From an uncultured Lachnospiraceae bacterium (GTDB lineage Bacteria; Bacillota; Clostridia; Lachnospirales; Lachnospiraceae), in contig CANDGI010000013.1 in the NCBI GenBank assembly GCA_947384285.1, forward strand, positions 8,268 through 72,267: a stretch of 64,000 nucleotides of DNA. The letters are read 5' to 3'. Positions 1 to 9,027 of this stretch are shown one piece after another. The notes below the pieces were generated by a model, which was not told the DNA's origin, ran no database searches, and saw only the letters and a program-made list of their open reading frames with translations. The position numbers and the translations under genes are program-made. The stretch's first letter is position 1, and every line of letters starts with the position of its first letter.

Positions 1-686
1 GAATTATCGGCGCTATGGAGCTGGAAGTGGAAGCGCTGAAAGGAAAGATGGTGATCCGCCGCAGGGTGGAAAAGGCATCCATGGAATTTTTGGAAGGGAA
101 ATTAAACAACACGGAGGTTGTGGTTGTACGGAGCGGAATCGGGAAAGTAAATGCCGCAGTCTGCGCTCAGATTTTATGTGACTGCTTTAAAGTGACACAC
201 ATCATCAATACAGGCGTTGCCGGTTCTTTGAAGAATGAAATCAATATTGGAGATATTGTGGTATCTATCGATGCCCTTCACCATGATGTGGATGTGCGGG
301 TGTTCGGTTATCCCCTGGGCGAGGTTCCCCAGATGGGCTGCCTGGCATTCCCGGCAGATGAACGTTTGGCTCAGCTTGCAGTGTCATGCTGTAAGGAGGT
401 AAACCCGGAAATTGCCGTATACACAGGAAGGATTGTCAGCGGAGACCAGTTTATCAGCGATAAGCAGGTGAAAGAGAGCATTATCAATAACTTCCAGGGA
501 TTCTGCGTTGAAATGGAAGGCGCATCCATTGCACATGCCGCATATTTGAACCATGTGCCCTTTGTGGTTATCCGGGCGATTTCGGATAAGGCGGACGACA
601 GCGCCGAGATGGATTATCCTTCCTTTGAAAAGGCGGCGGCAGCTCATTCTGCGAAGCTTGTGGAGCATATGCTGCCAGCAATTTAA
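1..686 (+). CDS. mtnN: 5'-methylthioadenosine/S-adenosylhomocysteine nucleosidase (5' end outside window)
   Basis: Frame is open upstream of the ATG at 15 (IIGAM). Motifs SGIGKVNAA, INTGVAG, SGDQF, VEMEGA and RAISD are present. Confidence 0.95.
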   Translation, partial: IIGAMELEVEALKGKMVIRRRVEKASMEFLEGKLNNTEVVVVRSGIGKVNAAVCAQILCDCFKVTHIINTGVAGSLKNEINIGDIVVSIDALHHDVDVRVFGYPLGEVPQMGCLAFPADERLAQLAVSCCKEVNPEIAVYTGRIVSGDQFISDKQVKESIINNFQGFCVEMEGASIAHAAYLNHVPFVVIRAISDKADDSAEMDYPSFEKAAAAHSAKLVEHMLPAI

Positions 687-759
687 AATACCTGTAAGGC
701 AGGAATATGAGGTGGGAAGAATCTTTGGCCGTTGTTTGTATTTAGAAGTTGAAGAGCGA

Positions 760-1046
760 ATAATGAAGTGTCAGACAATTGATAGACTTTGCCGCCCGAT
801 AATGCTATGGGAAAGACGATACAACAATGTGTTTGATGGTTTAGGAGATGGCCATATGCCTGGTATGCCAGACATTGTAAGGGATTCTGTAATTGTTTTT
901 TCAAGATTGCAGGACTGTATGTTATCAGCGGAAAAAATAATGATCTTGAAACATATGAACTAATGGGTATGCGCTGCATGGAATTAAAAGTTCTCTTGTC
1001 AACTGCAGGTGTAAATCTTACAGAACTTGACAGAACCAAAGAATAA
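760..1046 (+). pseudogene. Decayed receiver + Hpt fragment of a hybrid histidine kinase
   Basis: DGHMPGMPD resembles the receiver motif DxxMPxMDG. Frameshifted pieces KNNDLETYELM / YALHGIKSSL / AGVNLTEL resemble the Hpt HxxKSS helix. Confidence 0.45.
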
Positions 1047-1181
1047 AACTGAATAGCAGCAAATAAAAAGGGTGCAAGGTCTATCATTTTTGGATTGTAT
1101 AACCAGAAAAAATATCATATAACGGGAAGGCTGGAAAATGGGTGGCAGGCACCCCCGGTAAATCAGCCGCAGTAAAAAGCC

Positions 1182-1210
1182 GAAGCCTTGTGAAAGCAGG
1201 GCTTCTTTTA
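1182..1210 (+). terminator. Probable intrinsic terminator
   Basis: GAAGCCTTG..CAGGGCTTC stem followed by TTTT. Confidence 0.55.
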
Positions 1211-1290
1211 CATGGGGTATAGGATGGAAATCCATTTTGCAATATTCCCCGTAAAATTTTATAAGAATTTCTTAATTCAGAAAAAATTCA

Positions 1291-1319
1291 TTGTTTCTTA
1301 GGGTTTCCTGTGCTATAAT
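1291..1319 (+). promoter_or_regulatory. SigA-type promoter with extended -10
   Basis: TTGTTT-N17-TATAAT with TG upstream (TGCTATAAT). Confidence 0.55.
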
Positions 1320-1408
1320 CCAGTGAGATAATTTAGAGGAAAGTGTTACGGAACCGCGCAGCCTGCACAAGCTGTTTCTGCGCAGTTTCCAGGAAAAGGG
1401 TGATTTTC

Positions 1409-2089
1409 ATGAAGGAGACAGTAAAAGACTTTTTGTATCGTTATCGGCATGGATGGATTTTATCATATTTTTTGATTTATTTATCCTGGTTTGCATATCT
1501 GGAGCAGACGGTAACCAGGCGTTTTCATGTGATACATATGCCGGTGGATGATTATATTCCGTTTATTGAAGTGTTTGTCATCCCCTATTTCCTGTGGTTT
1601 GGGTATGTGGCGCTTGCAATTGCATATTTCTTTTTTACAAATGCGCAGGATTATTATAAACTCTGTATTTTCCTGTTTGTGGGCATGACGGTTTTTCTGG
1701 TGGTATCTACGGTATATCCCAATGGACATTATTTAAGGCCCAGGGTATTTGAGAGCGACAATATTTTTGTCGCCATGGTGCAGGGGCTGTATATGGTGGA
1801 TACGCCCACCAACCTGTTTCCAAGCATCCATGTGTATAATTCCATTGGGGTGCACCTTTCTGTAATGCACAGCGAGAAGCTGAAGGAAAAAAAGTGGGTG
1901 CGGAGGATTTCATTTGTGTTGATGGCGTCTATCATTGCATCTACCATGTTTTTAAAACAGCATTCTGTGTTTGATGTGATTACCGGGTGCATCATGGCCA
2001 TTGTTATGTATACCCTGGTATATGGCGGCGAATTGCTGACAGGCAGAAGGCGCGTGTATGGCCGTCCCTACAGGCAGATCAATAGTTAA
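1409..2089 (+). CDS. PAP2-superfamily membrane phosphoesterase
   Basis: Multi-TM protein with FPSIHV and KQHSVFDV motifs. Confidence 0.85.
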   Translation: MKETVKDFLYRYRHGWILSYFLIYLSWFAYLEQTVTRRFHVIHMPVDDYIPFIEVFVIPYFLWFGYVALAIAYFFFTNAQDYYKLCIFLFVGMTVFLVVSTVYPNGHYLRPRVFESDNIFVAMVQGLYMVDTPTNLFPSIHVYNSIGVHLSVMHSEKLKEKKWVRRISFVLMASIIASTMFLKQHSVFDVITGCIMAIVMYTLVYGGELLTGRRRVYGRPYRQINS

Positions 2090-2150
2090 AAAATCATCCG
2101 GCGGGCGAACGGTGCCGGAGTATCATAGAAGGATTTGGCAGAATAGTAAG

Positions 2151-2199
2151 AAGACAGTGGAATCGCAACGAAGGAAGTTGTGATATCCACTGTCTTTTT
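2151..2199 (+). terminator. Intrinsic terminator
   Basis: Long stem AAGACAGTGGA..TCCACTGTCTT plus T-run. Confidence 0.75.
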
Positions 2200-2379
2200 C
2201 TTTAAACTGGTGTCATTTTTCACAAAATTGGTATGATAAATAGAACCAATTATAACAAAAATAGAACCAAAACAAGAAAAAGTAAGGAGAAAGAATACCA
2301 GAAAATCCAGAAAACACAAGGCGTTTGTGCAAATTTACCAATAAAAATCAATGTGGTACAGTAATTAAAAAAATTGGTA

Positions 2380-2407
2380 TTGCAAAATGAAAAAGTTTTG
2401 GTATAAT
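2380..2407 (+). promoter_or_regulatory. SigA-type promoter of the PTS/deglycase operon
   Basis: TTGCAA-N16-TATAAT with TG at the extended -10 position. Confidence 0.55.
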
Positions 2408-2530
2408 AAAATCAACAAGTGGATTACTAAACGAACCACAATAAGGCGCGCGGTGGAAAACTTGTTTCCATTGCAGCTTGAGCCTGATTCAAACTGTGCC
2501 GGAGCAAGGCGGAAGGAATGGGTGGTTATC

Positions 2531-3658
2531 ATGAAAAAGGATATGAGATATTATGTGGAGATATCTGGACAGAGAATGGAAGAGAATCTGACACGGAGGA
2601 GAGAGCTTCTGGGGGAGCTTGCAGATTTATACCGGCAAAGCCAGCAGAAAGATATCTGTATCATTGCCTCAGGCTCATCGCTCAACGCAGCGATGGCGGC
2701 GGAAAGCTTTATGAGAAGTTATTGCGGCAGCAGGGTGCTGCTTATGAGCTCCACGGAGTATATGGATTACCGGAGGGAAGAAGCGAAAAGATATTTTTGC
2801 ATCACCATTTCCCAGAGTGGGTGCAGTACCAATACCATAGAAGCCGTAAAGTGCATGAAGGAAGATAAGATCCCGGCGATTGTGCTGACAGGAAATGTGC
2901 ATGCTGGCATGAAAGAGTATGCAGATTGCCTGATTGAGTACGGCGTAGGAAATGAGGCCGTTGATTATGTAACCTTAGGCTTTTCCACTTTGGTGGAATA
3001 TCTGATGCTGCTGGCCGTGGAGGCTGGAAAACAAAATGGGGCGCTGAGCCATGAGGAATGCCAGAGGCTTCTTGCTGAAATAAAGATAGGCTGCCAGGCA
3101 AACAGCCAGATGTACCAGAAGGCAGAGGAATTTACTAGAAAGCATTATCAGGAATTCTTAGAAATGAGCCAGGCGGTAATTGTAAGCGACGGGGCAGGCG
3201 TGGGAATTGCAAGGGAAGCAGCATTGAAGTTCCAGGAGACTTTGAAAATTCCTGCTTTGTACTATGAAAGCGAAGAGTACATCCATGGGCCAAATATGCA
3301 GCTTACCCCGGACTATGCTGTGTTCTTTATCGATACCAATGAAAAACATGGAAGGATGCAGGAAATCTTTGCAGCTACCGGGCTGGTAACGGAAAAAATT
3401 TATATGGTTACCAACAAAAAGGTGGAAGAGAATGAACGGGTGTGCGTCGTAGAGAACCAGGTGGGAAATGAAGTTACGCCGTTGTTTACCGGGGTGCTGT
3501 TCCAATACATTGCAGCCGTGGTAACAGAGGAAAAGAACGGGTTTTTGTGCCACCCATTGTTTGAAAAATTTGAAGAAAAAATTCACTGCAAGACAGAGGA
3601 TTATAAAGAAATCATAAAAGAAAAAGAGGAAATGGAAAGGAGGAAAGAGGATGCGTAA
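2531..3658 (+). CDS. SIS-domain sugar-amine phosphate deglycase (GlmS-like, glucoselysine-6-P deglycase type)
   Basis: ASGSSLNAA, ISQSGCS, EAALKFQET and EEYIHGP motifs; located in a mannose-family PTS operon. Confidence 0.8.
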   Translation: MKKDMRYYVEISGQRMEENLTRRRELLGELADLYRQSQQKDICIIASGSSLNAAMAAESFMRSYCGSRVLLMSSTEYMDYRREEAKRYFCITISQSGCSTNTIEAVKCMKEDKIPAIVLTGNVHAGMKEYADCLIEYGVGNEAVDYVTLGFSTLVEYLMLLAVEAGKQNGALSHEECQRLLAEIKIGCQANSQMYQKAEEFTRKHYQEFLEMSQAVIVSDGAGVGIAREAALKFQETLKIPALYYESEEYIHGPNMQLTPDYAVFFIDTNEKHGRMQEIFAATGLVTEKIYMVTNKKVEENERVCVVENQVGNEVTPLFTGVLFQYIAAVVTEEKNGFLCHPLFEKFEEKIHCKTEDYKEIIKEKEEMERRKEDA

Positions 3659-4064
3659 GTATGTAATTGCAACCCACGGCAGGATGGCGGAGGGCATTCG
3701 GACGACGGTGGAGCTGATTGCCGGGCCCCAGGAAAATTTAATCTGCATCAATGCCTACACAGAGGAATGCCAGGACCCTATGCCGGAATTTCAAAGAATC
3801 CTGGCAGAAAATCCTGAGGATGAGGTGGTTATTATGACGGATTTGATGGGCGGAAGCGTGAATAACAATGCGCTCACGCTGGCCGGGGAGGAACGGGTGC
3901 ATGTGGTTACGGGGATTTCGTTGGTATTTGTAATCGGGATGCTGATGTCAGACCAAGGGGAGGATACGAAGGCGGCTATTGCCGGGGCGCTCAAGGAGGC
4001 TCGGGAAAACATGGTTTACTGCGAAAATCCAGGGACAGAGGAACTGGAAGATGATGAGTTTTAA
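3651..4064 (+). CDS. PTS mannose/fructose/sorbose family IIA
   Basis: IATHG and TDLMGGSVNN motifs. Confidence 0.92.
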   Translation: MRKYVIATHGRMAEGIRTTVELIAGPQENLICINAYTEECQDPMPEFQRILAENPEDEVVIMTDLMGGSVNNNALTLAGEERVHVVTGISLVFVIGMLMSDQGEDTKAAIAGALKEARENMVYCENPGTEELEDDEF

Positions 4065-4082
4065 GAGAAGGAGGATGGAATT

Positions 4083-4550
4083 ATGATTCAAGCGACACGG
4101 GTGGACTATCGGCTTTTACATGGACAGGTGGCAGTTTCCTGGACGTCTGCACTTGGCGCGGACTGCCTTTTGCTGGTCAGCGATACGGTGAAAAATGACC
4201 CTCTGCGGATGAATGCGTTAAAGCTTGCGAAACCTGCCGGGGTAAAGGTGGTGATTAAAAATACCCAGGAGGCAGTAGAGGCCTTAAAGAGCGGGGTGAC
4301 AGATAAGTATAAACTGTTTATTATCTGCGAGGACCTTAAGACTGCCAAAGTGGTTATGGAAGCCACCGGGGAAAAGGATTTGAATATCGGCAATACGCCG
4401 TACCGGGAGGGAACCAAGCAGTATGGGAAAAGCGCCCATCTGCTTCCAGAGGAGGAGCAGATGGTACGGGAAATGATGGAAAGTGGAAAAAATCTTTTTA
4501 TCCAGATGGTTCCCGCAGAGAAAAAGATAAAATGTGAAGGGCTGTTTTAA
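4083..4550 (+). CDS. PTS mannose family IIB
   Basis: RVDYRLLHGQV motif. Confidence 0.93.
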   Translation: MIQATRVDYRLLHGQVAVSWTSALGADCLLLVSDTVKNDPLRMNALKLAKPAGVKVVIKNTQEAVEALKSGVTDKYKLFIICEDLKTAKVVMEATGEKDLNIGNTPYREGTKQYGKSAHLLPEEEQMVREMMESGKNLFIQMVPAEKKIKCEGLF

Positions 4551-4553
4551 CAC

Positions 4554-4646
4554 AGGAGGAAGGCTGATGCGAAGCATTATTCGAAATGCCTTCCGACGAT
4601 TTGCCGCCGGACCAAAAGGAAGGGGGCGTTTCATAAAAAAAGGAGG
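4554..4646 (+). repeat. Dispersed repeat family A, copy A1
   Basis: AGGAGGAAGGCTGATGCGAAGCATTATTCGAAATGCC...GGCGTTTCATAAAAAAAGGAGG; similar copies at 15843, 49499, 61657. Confidence 0.85.
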
Positions 4647-4655
4647 GAACACAGC

Positions 4656-5441
4656 ATGATAGTAAAAACAATACTTATTTTCCTGATTGGCCTGCTGGGT
4701 TATTCGGAATGGCTGACTGGAACCAGCTATCTGCAGCGTCCCATTGTGCTGGGACCGTTGGTGGGTCTGGTGCTTGGGGATATGCAGGCAGGGATAATCA
4801 TGGGCGCCACATTGGAGCTTGCAATGATTGGGGCAATTTCCGTAGGCGCATATAACCCGCCGGATTTGATTTCGGGAACGGTGCTTGGGGTGTCGCTGGC
4901 AATCCAGGCCGGGGCTGGGCCGGAAGCGGCATTGACCCTTGGCATTCCCATCGCCACAGTTATGTTAGCGGTAAATACAGGGCTTGGACAGCCGTTGATG
5001 CTTTTATTTATCCACAAATGTGACAGGGACGCAGAGGATGGCAATGTGAAGGCATTCACCCGGGATATGCTGATTGCGGGATATGTCCAGAATATCTGGG
5101 GGATTATCTGTATCCCCATTGCATTTTATTTCGGAGCCGATGCGGTAACCCGGGTGCTGGGCGTAATTCCAGAGTTTGTACAGACCGGCATGGATATTAC
5201 GGCAGCGCTGCTTCCGGCGCTGGGATTTGCAATGCTGGCGCAGACAATGATGAATAAAAAGGTTGCACCGTTTTTCTTTATCGGGTTCTTTATCGTTGCA
5301 TATCTGGGAGTAACCACCACAGGCGTGGCAATTTTCTCCATCTGCCTGGTGCTGATTATGGTTATGTTTGGGATTATCGGCCCTAAGCCTGGGGCAGTTA
5401 TAGAGGAAGAGGGTACAGGAGGTGATTTTGATGAGTTTTAG
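4656..5441 (+). CDS. PTS mannose family IIC
   Basis: RPIVLGPLVG, GATLEL and LPALGFAML motifs; hydrophobic. Confidence 0.93.
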   Translation: MIVKTILIFLIGLLGYSEWLTGTSYLQRPIVLGPLVGLVLGDMQAGIIMGATLELAMIGAISVGAYNPPDLISGTVLGVSLAIQAGAGPEAALTLGIPIATVMLAVNTGLGQPLMLLFIHKCDRDAEDGNVKAFTRDMLIAGYVQNIWGIICIPIAFYFGADAVTRVLGVIPEFVQTGMDITAALLPALGFAMLAQTMMNKKVAPFFFIGFFIVAYLGVTTTGVAIFSICLVLIMVMFGIIGPKPGAVIEEEGTGGDFDEF

Positions 5442-6264
5442 CATACACGGTGATTATAGCAATAAGCTGACCAAACAGGATTTAAAGAAGGTATTCTGGC
5501 GTTCCATTCCCTATGAGCATTCCTGGAATTATGAGCGCATGGGAAATGTGGGATTTACCTTCGCCATGCTCCCGGTTTTACAGAAATTATATCCTGGCAA
5601 AGAGGATTTGTCCAAAGCCATGAAAAGGCATTTGACGGTTTATAATATCACGCCCTACATCAGCACATTTCCATTGGGAATCAGTGCAGCCATGGAAGAG
5701 GCAAATGCCACCCAGGAGGATTTTGACCCAGAAGCAATCAGCGATGTGAAGGCGGCGCTGATGGGACCCTTATCTGGAATCGGGGATGCATTTTTCTGGG
5801 GAACCTTGCGGGTGATTGCAACTGGAATTGGATGCGCCCTTGCCATGAAGGGGAATCTCCTAGGACCGGTTCTGTTTCTTCTGGCATTCAATATCCCCCA
5901 CTATATCATCCGTTATCTGGGCACATTCCTGGGATATAAGCTGGGAAGTGAATCCATTGCAAAGCTGACTTCGTCCGGCTTGATGAACAGCGTGATGGAA
6001 GCGGCTTCTATTGTGGGCATGATGGTTGTGGGAGCCATGACCATGGAAATGACCGCCATAAACTTTGTAACACAGATTGGAAGCGGTGAGGAAGCTTCCA
6101 CCCTGCAGGACGTGCTGACCGGCATTTTCCCGGGGCTTCCGGTGCTGGCTTTGTTCGGTGTGGTTTACTGGATGCTGAAAAAGAAAATGAATCCGCTGAT
6201 TATTATGCTGCTTCTTCTGGTGTTCGGCATTGCGGGAGCAGGCCTGGGATTCTTAGGGGTATAA
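5431..6264 (+). CDS. PTS mannose family IID
   Basis: SWNYERM and LMGPLSGIGD motifs; AGGAGGTG SD before ATG 5431. Confidence 0.93.
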   Translation: MSFSIHGDYSNKLTKQDLKKVFWRSIPYEHSWNYERMGNVGFTFAMLPVLQKLYPGKEDLSKAMKRHLTVYNITPYISTFPLGISAAMEEANATQEDFDPEAISDVKAALMGPLSGIGDAFFWGTLRVIATGIGCALAMKGNLLGPVLFLLAFNIPHYIIRYLGTFLGYKLGSESIAKLTSSGLMNSVMEAASIVGMMVVGAMTMEMTAINFVTQIGSGEEASTLQDVLTGIFPGLPVLALFGVVYWMLKKKMNPLIIMLLLLVFGIAGAGLGFLGV

Positions 6265-6268
6265 GATT

Positions 6269-6418
6269 ATTTGTAAAAACAATAGAGGCCTTATATAGCG
6301 CCATCCAGGTTGCACTGGGTTTGGCATGGAAAATCATTCCATAATTTGTAAAAACAATGGAGGCCTTATATAGCGCCATCCAGATTGCACTGGGTTTGGC
6401 ATGGAAAATCACTACATA
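6269..6418 (+). repeat. Intergenic 75-bp tandem duplication (2 copies)
   Basis: ATTTGTAAAAACAAT..GGCATGGAAAATCA starts at 6269 and 6344; few mismatches. Confidence 0.95.
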
Positions 6419-6438
6419 AAATTTAGGAGGAAAGAAAA

Positions 6439-7452
6439 ATGGCAATGAGGAATTTTAAATTGGAAAAATATTTAAAGGATGGGGAGAAAACTTACGCATT
6501 AAGAGGCGAGATTGAAAAGGTTGTGGATGAACTGACGGCAAAGGATTATGACAGCGTATGCATGATTGGCATCGGCGGAACCTGGGCAGAGTGGTATCCA
6601 GTGATTGAAGTGGCAAAGAAATATACAGATTTTCCGATTTACCTGGAAAATGCGGCAGAATTTATGATAAAAGACAGAAGGCATCTTTCGGATAAAACCT
6701 TGTTCTTTACCTCATCTGCTTCCGGGGATACCAAGGAGGTTCTGGATGCGGTGAAGTTATGCAAGAGCAATGGCTGGAAGGTATATGGATTTACCAAGGA
6801 TGCAACCACGCCTTTGGCAGAGCTTTTGACCAATCCAATCTATAACGCCTGCGGTGACTGTGAGCATTCCTATTTGATTTATTATTTTGTAATGCTGCGG
6901 ATTTTAAAGAACAGAGGGGAATTCCCCCAGTATGACAGATGGGCGGATCAGATGGAGAACATTTTCAAGGCCCTGGTACAGGTAAGGGAGCAGTTTGAGC
7001 CCCAGGCAGCAGAGATTGCGAAAACATATGCCCATGAGCCGTACACCATGTTTACTGGTTCCGGCGTCCTGTGGGGGGAGACATATCTGTTTACCATGTG
7101 CATTTTAGAGGAAATGCAGTGGGTAAGGACCAAGGCGGTAACTTCCGCAGATTTCTTCCATGGCCCGCTGGAGCTGGTGGACGACAGGGTTCCAGTATTT
7201 GTAATCATGGGCGAAGACGAATGCCGGCCATTGGATGAGAGGGTGGAGCGGTTTGTAAAGAAGCATACCAAAAAGCACGTCATTATTGATACGAAAGACT
7301 TCCCGTTGGAAGGAATTGATGATGAATTCCGGGTAATCTGTTCCCCTATGATTATCACGGCAATCTTAACGGAGCGGCTGGCTATCCACTATGAGCTGAA
7401 TACCGGGCACAGCCTGGAATTCAGAAGATATTACCGCCAGTTTGCATATTAA
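6439..7452 (+). CDS. frlB: Fructoselysine-6-phosphate deglycase (FrlB family, SIS)
   Basis: CILEEMQW, FFHGPLE and C-terminal RRYY are typical of FrlB. Confidence 0.8.
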   Translation: MAMRNFKLEKYLKDGEKTYALRGEIEKVVDELTAKDYDSVCMIGIGGTWAEWYPVIEVAKKYTDFPIYLENAAEFMIKDRRHLSDKTLFFTSSASGDTKEVLDAVKLCKSNGWKVYGFTKDATTPLAELLTNPIYNACGDCEHSYLIYYFVMLRILKNRGEFPQYDRWADQMENIFKALVQVREQFEPQAAEIAKTYAHEPYTMFTGSGVLWGETYLFTMCILEEMQWVRTKAVTSADFFHGPLELVDDRVPVFVIMGEDECRPLDERVERFVKKHTKKHVIIDTKDFPLEGIDDEFRVICSPMIITAILTERLAIHYELNTGHSLEFRRYYRQFAY

Positions 7453-7453
7453 G

Positions 7454-8113
7454 ATGGTGAAAGCGGTAATTTTTGACATGGACGGCGTCATAGTTGACAG
7501 CGAACCGGTGTATCTGGAATGGCTGCGTGGGTTCCTGAAGGAATGCCAGGTGGCGGTTTCAAAAGAAGAGCTTATGGGGATGGTGGGCATATCTTCCCAG
7601 AATTACCAGAAGAACCTAGAACGCTGGTGGCGGCGTTCGGGGAAAAGGCTTCCCCAGGGGGAGACCCCCTGCCAAATGTTTGACCGATACACAGCGAAAC
7701 AGGATTTTTCGCCGGATGCGTTGAAAAATCCTCATGTTACCCCTTTGTTTGAGGAGTTGAAAGCCAGAGGCATCAGGATTGCCCTGGCTTCTTCCTCTTC
7801 CATGAATGACATCAGGAAAATAGTAAAAGGTACGGGGCTTTTCCCGTATCTGGACCTAATTGTCAGCGGAGCGGATTTCGCAGAAAGCAAACCGAACCCG
7901 GAAATCTATCTTCATACCATGGACAGATTGGGAGTTGGACGGGAATCCTGTATTGCTGTGGAGGATTCGGAATATGGGATACAGGCAGCTAAGCGGGCAG
8001 GGATTTTTGTGGTGGCAAAGAAGGAGGAGCGGTTTGGATTTTCCCAAAAGGAGGCGGATGCCCAGATTCAGGATCTGGATCAGCTTTTGGGGCTTTTGGA
8101 AGTCCTTCCATAG
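7454..8113 (+). CDS. HAD-IA family phosphatase
   Basis: FDMDGVIVDSE, ASSS, KPNPEIY and EDSEYG motifs. Confidence 0.9.
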   Translation: MVKAVIFDMDGVIVDSEPVYLEWLRGFLKECQVAVSKEELMGMVGISSQNYQKNLERWWRRSGKRLPQGETPCQMFDRYTAKQDFSPDALKNPHVTPLFEELKARGIRIALASSSSMNDIRKIVKGTGLFPYLDLIVSGADFAESKPNPEIYLHTMDRLGVGRESCIAVEDSEYGIQAAKRAGIFVVAKKEERFGFSQKEADAQIQDLDQLLGLLEVLP

Positions 8114-8179
8114 AAGGAGGCGGATGCCCGGATTCAGGACCCGGATCAGCTTTTGGGGCTTTTAAAGGTCCTTCCATAG
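8048..8179 (+). repeat. 66-bp tandem duplication of the HAD gene 3' end
   Basis: 8048-8113 is repeated at 8114-8179 (AAGGAGGCGGATGCCC...CCTTCCATAG). Confidence 0.95.
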
Positions 8180-8265
8180 CAGGCAACTGGTATATTTTTC
8201 CACAAAATGGGTTGAAAAAGAGAACCAGAACTGGTATATTGATTTCATCAGGGAGGACAGAGGAA

Positions 8266-9027
8266 ATGAAGCTGTTAAATAAAGATGAATTTCTTGCCAA
8301 TGAATTGAAATTTTATTTTATGCAGGAAAATCTCAAAGAAGGGGACAAACTTCCTTCGGAACGGGAGCTTGCAGAAGAATATGGGGTGCAGCGTGTCACC
8401 GTGCGTTCTGCATACCAGATTTTGGAGGAAGAGGGAATTGTGGAAAACCGTACCAGAAGCGGCCATTACATGGGCCATGGGAGGATACGCACGGATTTGT
8501 GCCAGATACAGTCCTTCCGCGAGAAGGCAAAGAGCCTTGGGATGGATAGTGAGAATAAGCTCCTGGCTTTTGAGCTGGTAGAGGTCGATAAAGGACTGTC
8601 TAAGAAAATCAAACTGCCCATTGGGACTGTTTTAAATAAGATTACCAGGATCCGCAAGGTCAGGAGGGAGGAAGAGATGTTCCCGGTGGCCATTGAATAC
8701 GCCTATATACCCGAGGCCATGGCGGAGAAATTGATGAAATATGATTTGGAGGAGCGTTCCCTGTTCCAGATTTTATCCCAGGAATACGGCAGGGTTCCAA
8801 AGCGGGAGGAACAGGTGGTGGAGATTGTATATGCGGATGAATTCGAGGCAAGGACACTGCAGGTGGATCAGCGGACTACACTGGTTATGAAGGAAGGGAT
8901 TACTTACGATGATAAGGGCAATATCCTGCAGTTTCTGCATACAGTGATGAAGAAGGACTGGGTGGTTTTCGAGCAGGGGAACGACAGAATCCGCCAGAAA
9001 ATGGAAGAGGTGGCACATGGATTATAG
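8266..9027 (+). CDS. GntR (HutC/UTRA) transcriptional regulator
   Basis: LPSERELAEEYGVQRVTVR wHTH plus UTRA-like C-terminus. Confidence 0.9.
   Translation: MKLLNKDEFLANELKFYFMQENLKEGDKLPSERELAEEYGVQRVTVRSAYQILEEEGIVENRTRSGHYMGHGRIRTDLCQIQSFREKAKSLGMDSENKLLAFELVEVDKGLSKKIKLPIGTVLNKITRIRKVRREEEMFPVAIEYAYIPEAMAEKLMKYDLEERSLFQILSQEYGRVPKREEQVVEIVYADEFEARTLQVDQRTTLVMKEGITYDDKGNILQFLHTVMKKDWVVFEQGNDRIRQKMEEVAHGL

Noticed and set aside
2387-2530. Long N-terminal extensions in the ORF track (also 1343, 13009, 24575, 31183, 49531, 53053)
   Set aside because: Downstream starts have SD sequences and match family N-termini; the extensions overlap promoters, operators or repeats.
4567-4659. 30-aa ORF MRSIIRNAFRRFAAGPKGRGRFIKKGGNTA inside family A copy A1, with its own SD and a stop overlapping the IIC start
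   Set aside because: Copies A2, A3 and A4 carry frameshifting indels or stops, so a conserved peptide product is unlikely. Translation as a leader ORF is not excluded.
6269-6418. Possible CRISPR mini-array
   Set aside because: Whole 75-bp units are duplicated with no unique spacers.
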